Shown here: one piece after another, positions 63,700-64,000 of the stretch
How the letters are laid out: each line of letters begins with the position of its first letter
Numbering within the stretch: position 1 is the stretch's first letter
NCBI GenBank assembly: GCA_041662565.1
Contig: JBAZSE010000002.1
Span: 27,244-91,243 of the forward strand
Source: Patescibacteria group bacterium
Lineage (GTDB): Bacteria; Patescibacteriota; Patescibacteriia; UBA1558; UBA10009
Direction: 5' to 3'
Length of the DNA: 64,000 nt
Position numbers and translations under genes: made by a program
Notes under the pieces: generated by a model
What the model was told of the DNA's origin: nothing
Seen by the model: the letters and a program-made list of their open reading frames with translations, nothing else
Databases searched by the model: none

Positions 63700-64000
63700 A
63701 TGAAAATATTTGAACAAGACCCCGAATTAGCCCAGTTCTATCAATCGGAACTAGAAAGGCAACGCCACACCCTAGAAATGATCCCTTCGGAAAACTTTGT
63801 TTCCGAGGCGGTTTTAGAGGCCCTAGGCGGAGTTGGCACCAATAAATACTCCGAGGGTTACCCGGGCCAGCGCTATTACGGCGGCAACCAATATATTGAT
63901 CAAATTGAAAACCTGGCCCGCGATCGGGCCAAACAGCTCTTTGGAGTGGATCATGTTAACGTCCAACCCTACAGCGGTTCTCCGGCCAACCAAGCCGCCA
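63700..64000 (+). CDS. glyA: Serine hydroxymethyltransferase, N-terminal part (runs off window end)
   Basis: Manual translation: LEMIPSENF...[16 protein letters not shown]...[12 protein letters not shown]. Confidence 0.96.
   Translation, partial: MKIFEQDPELAQFYQSELERQRHTLEMIPSENFVSEAVLEALGGVGTNKYSEGYPGQRYYGGNQYIDQIENLARDRAKQLFGVDHVNVQPYSGSPANQAA

Overview
Low-GC bacterial chromosome segment, standard genetic code. Gene content and style (a complete type IV pilus locus with no secretin, GW-x-WS-repeat surface proteins, short UvrC, tRNA-Arg(GCG), SD-less and leaderless core genes) suggest a Patescibacteria/CPR (Parcubacteria-like) organism; this is inference. Core content: argS (partial), smpB-tmRNA, infC-rpmI-rplT, gatC-gatA-dsbA-dsbA-lgt, ligA, a ~13 kb type IV pilus/competence locus preceded by three large secreted proteins, lemA-htpX-clpC-comF, sod, pyk, CIRCE-groES-groEL, uvrA, truD, uvrC, secG, a peptide-binding protein, rnj, trpS, murI, a phosphomannomutase, glyA (partial) and 9 tRNAs. 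No CRISPR array, integrase or transposase was seen. The unusual signal is mostly non-coding. (1) Two antitoxin-less RNase genes (MazF/PemK and NYN) each have a shared 5' attenuator-like hairpin and a convergent promoter-driven 3' small RNA candidate. (2) Seven single-gene promoter-SD-ORF(-terminator) cassettes lie between core genes; one is in tandem with a cassette carrying two atypical tRNAs. (3) A covarying two-hairpin RNA motif sits directly 5' of both tmRNA and tRNA-Leu. (4) A 4-copy ~120 bp inverted-repeat element is confined to the pilus locus. (5) Several palindromic repeat families occur, some apparently inserted in-frame into proteins. (6) The PilT paralog has all catalytic motifs degenerate.
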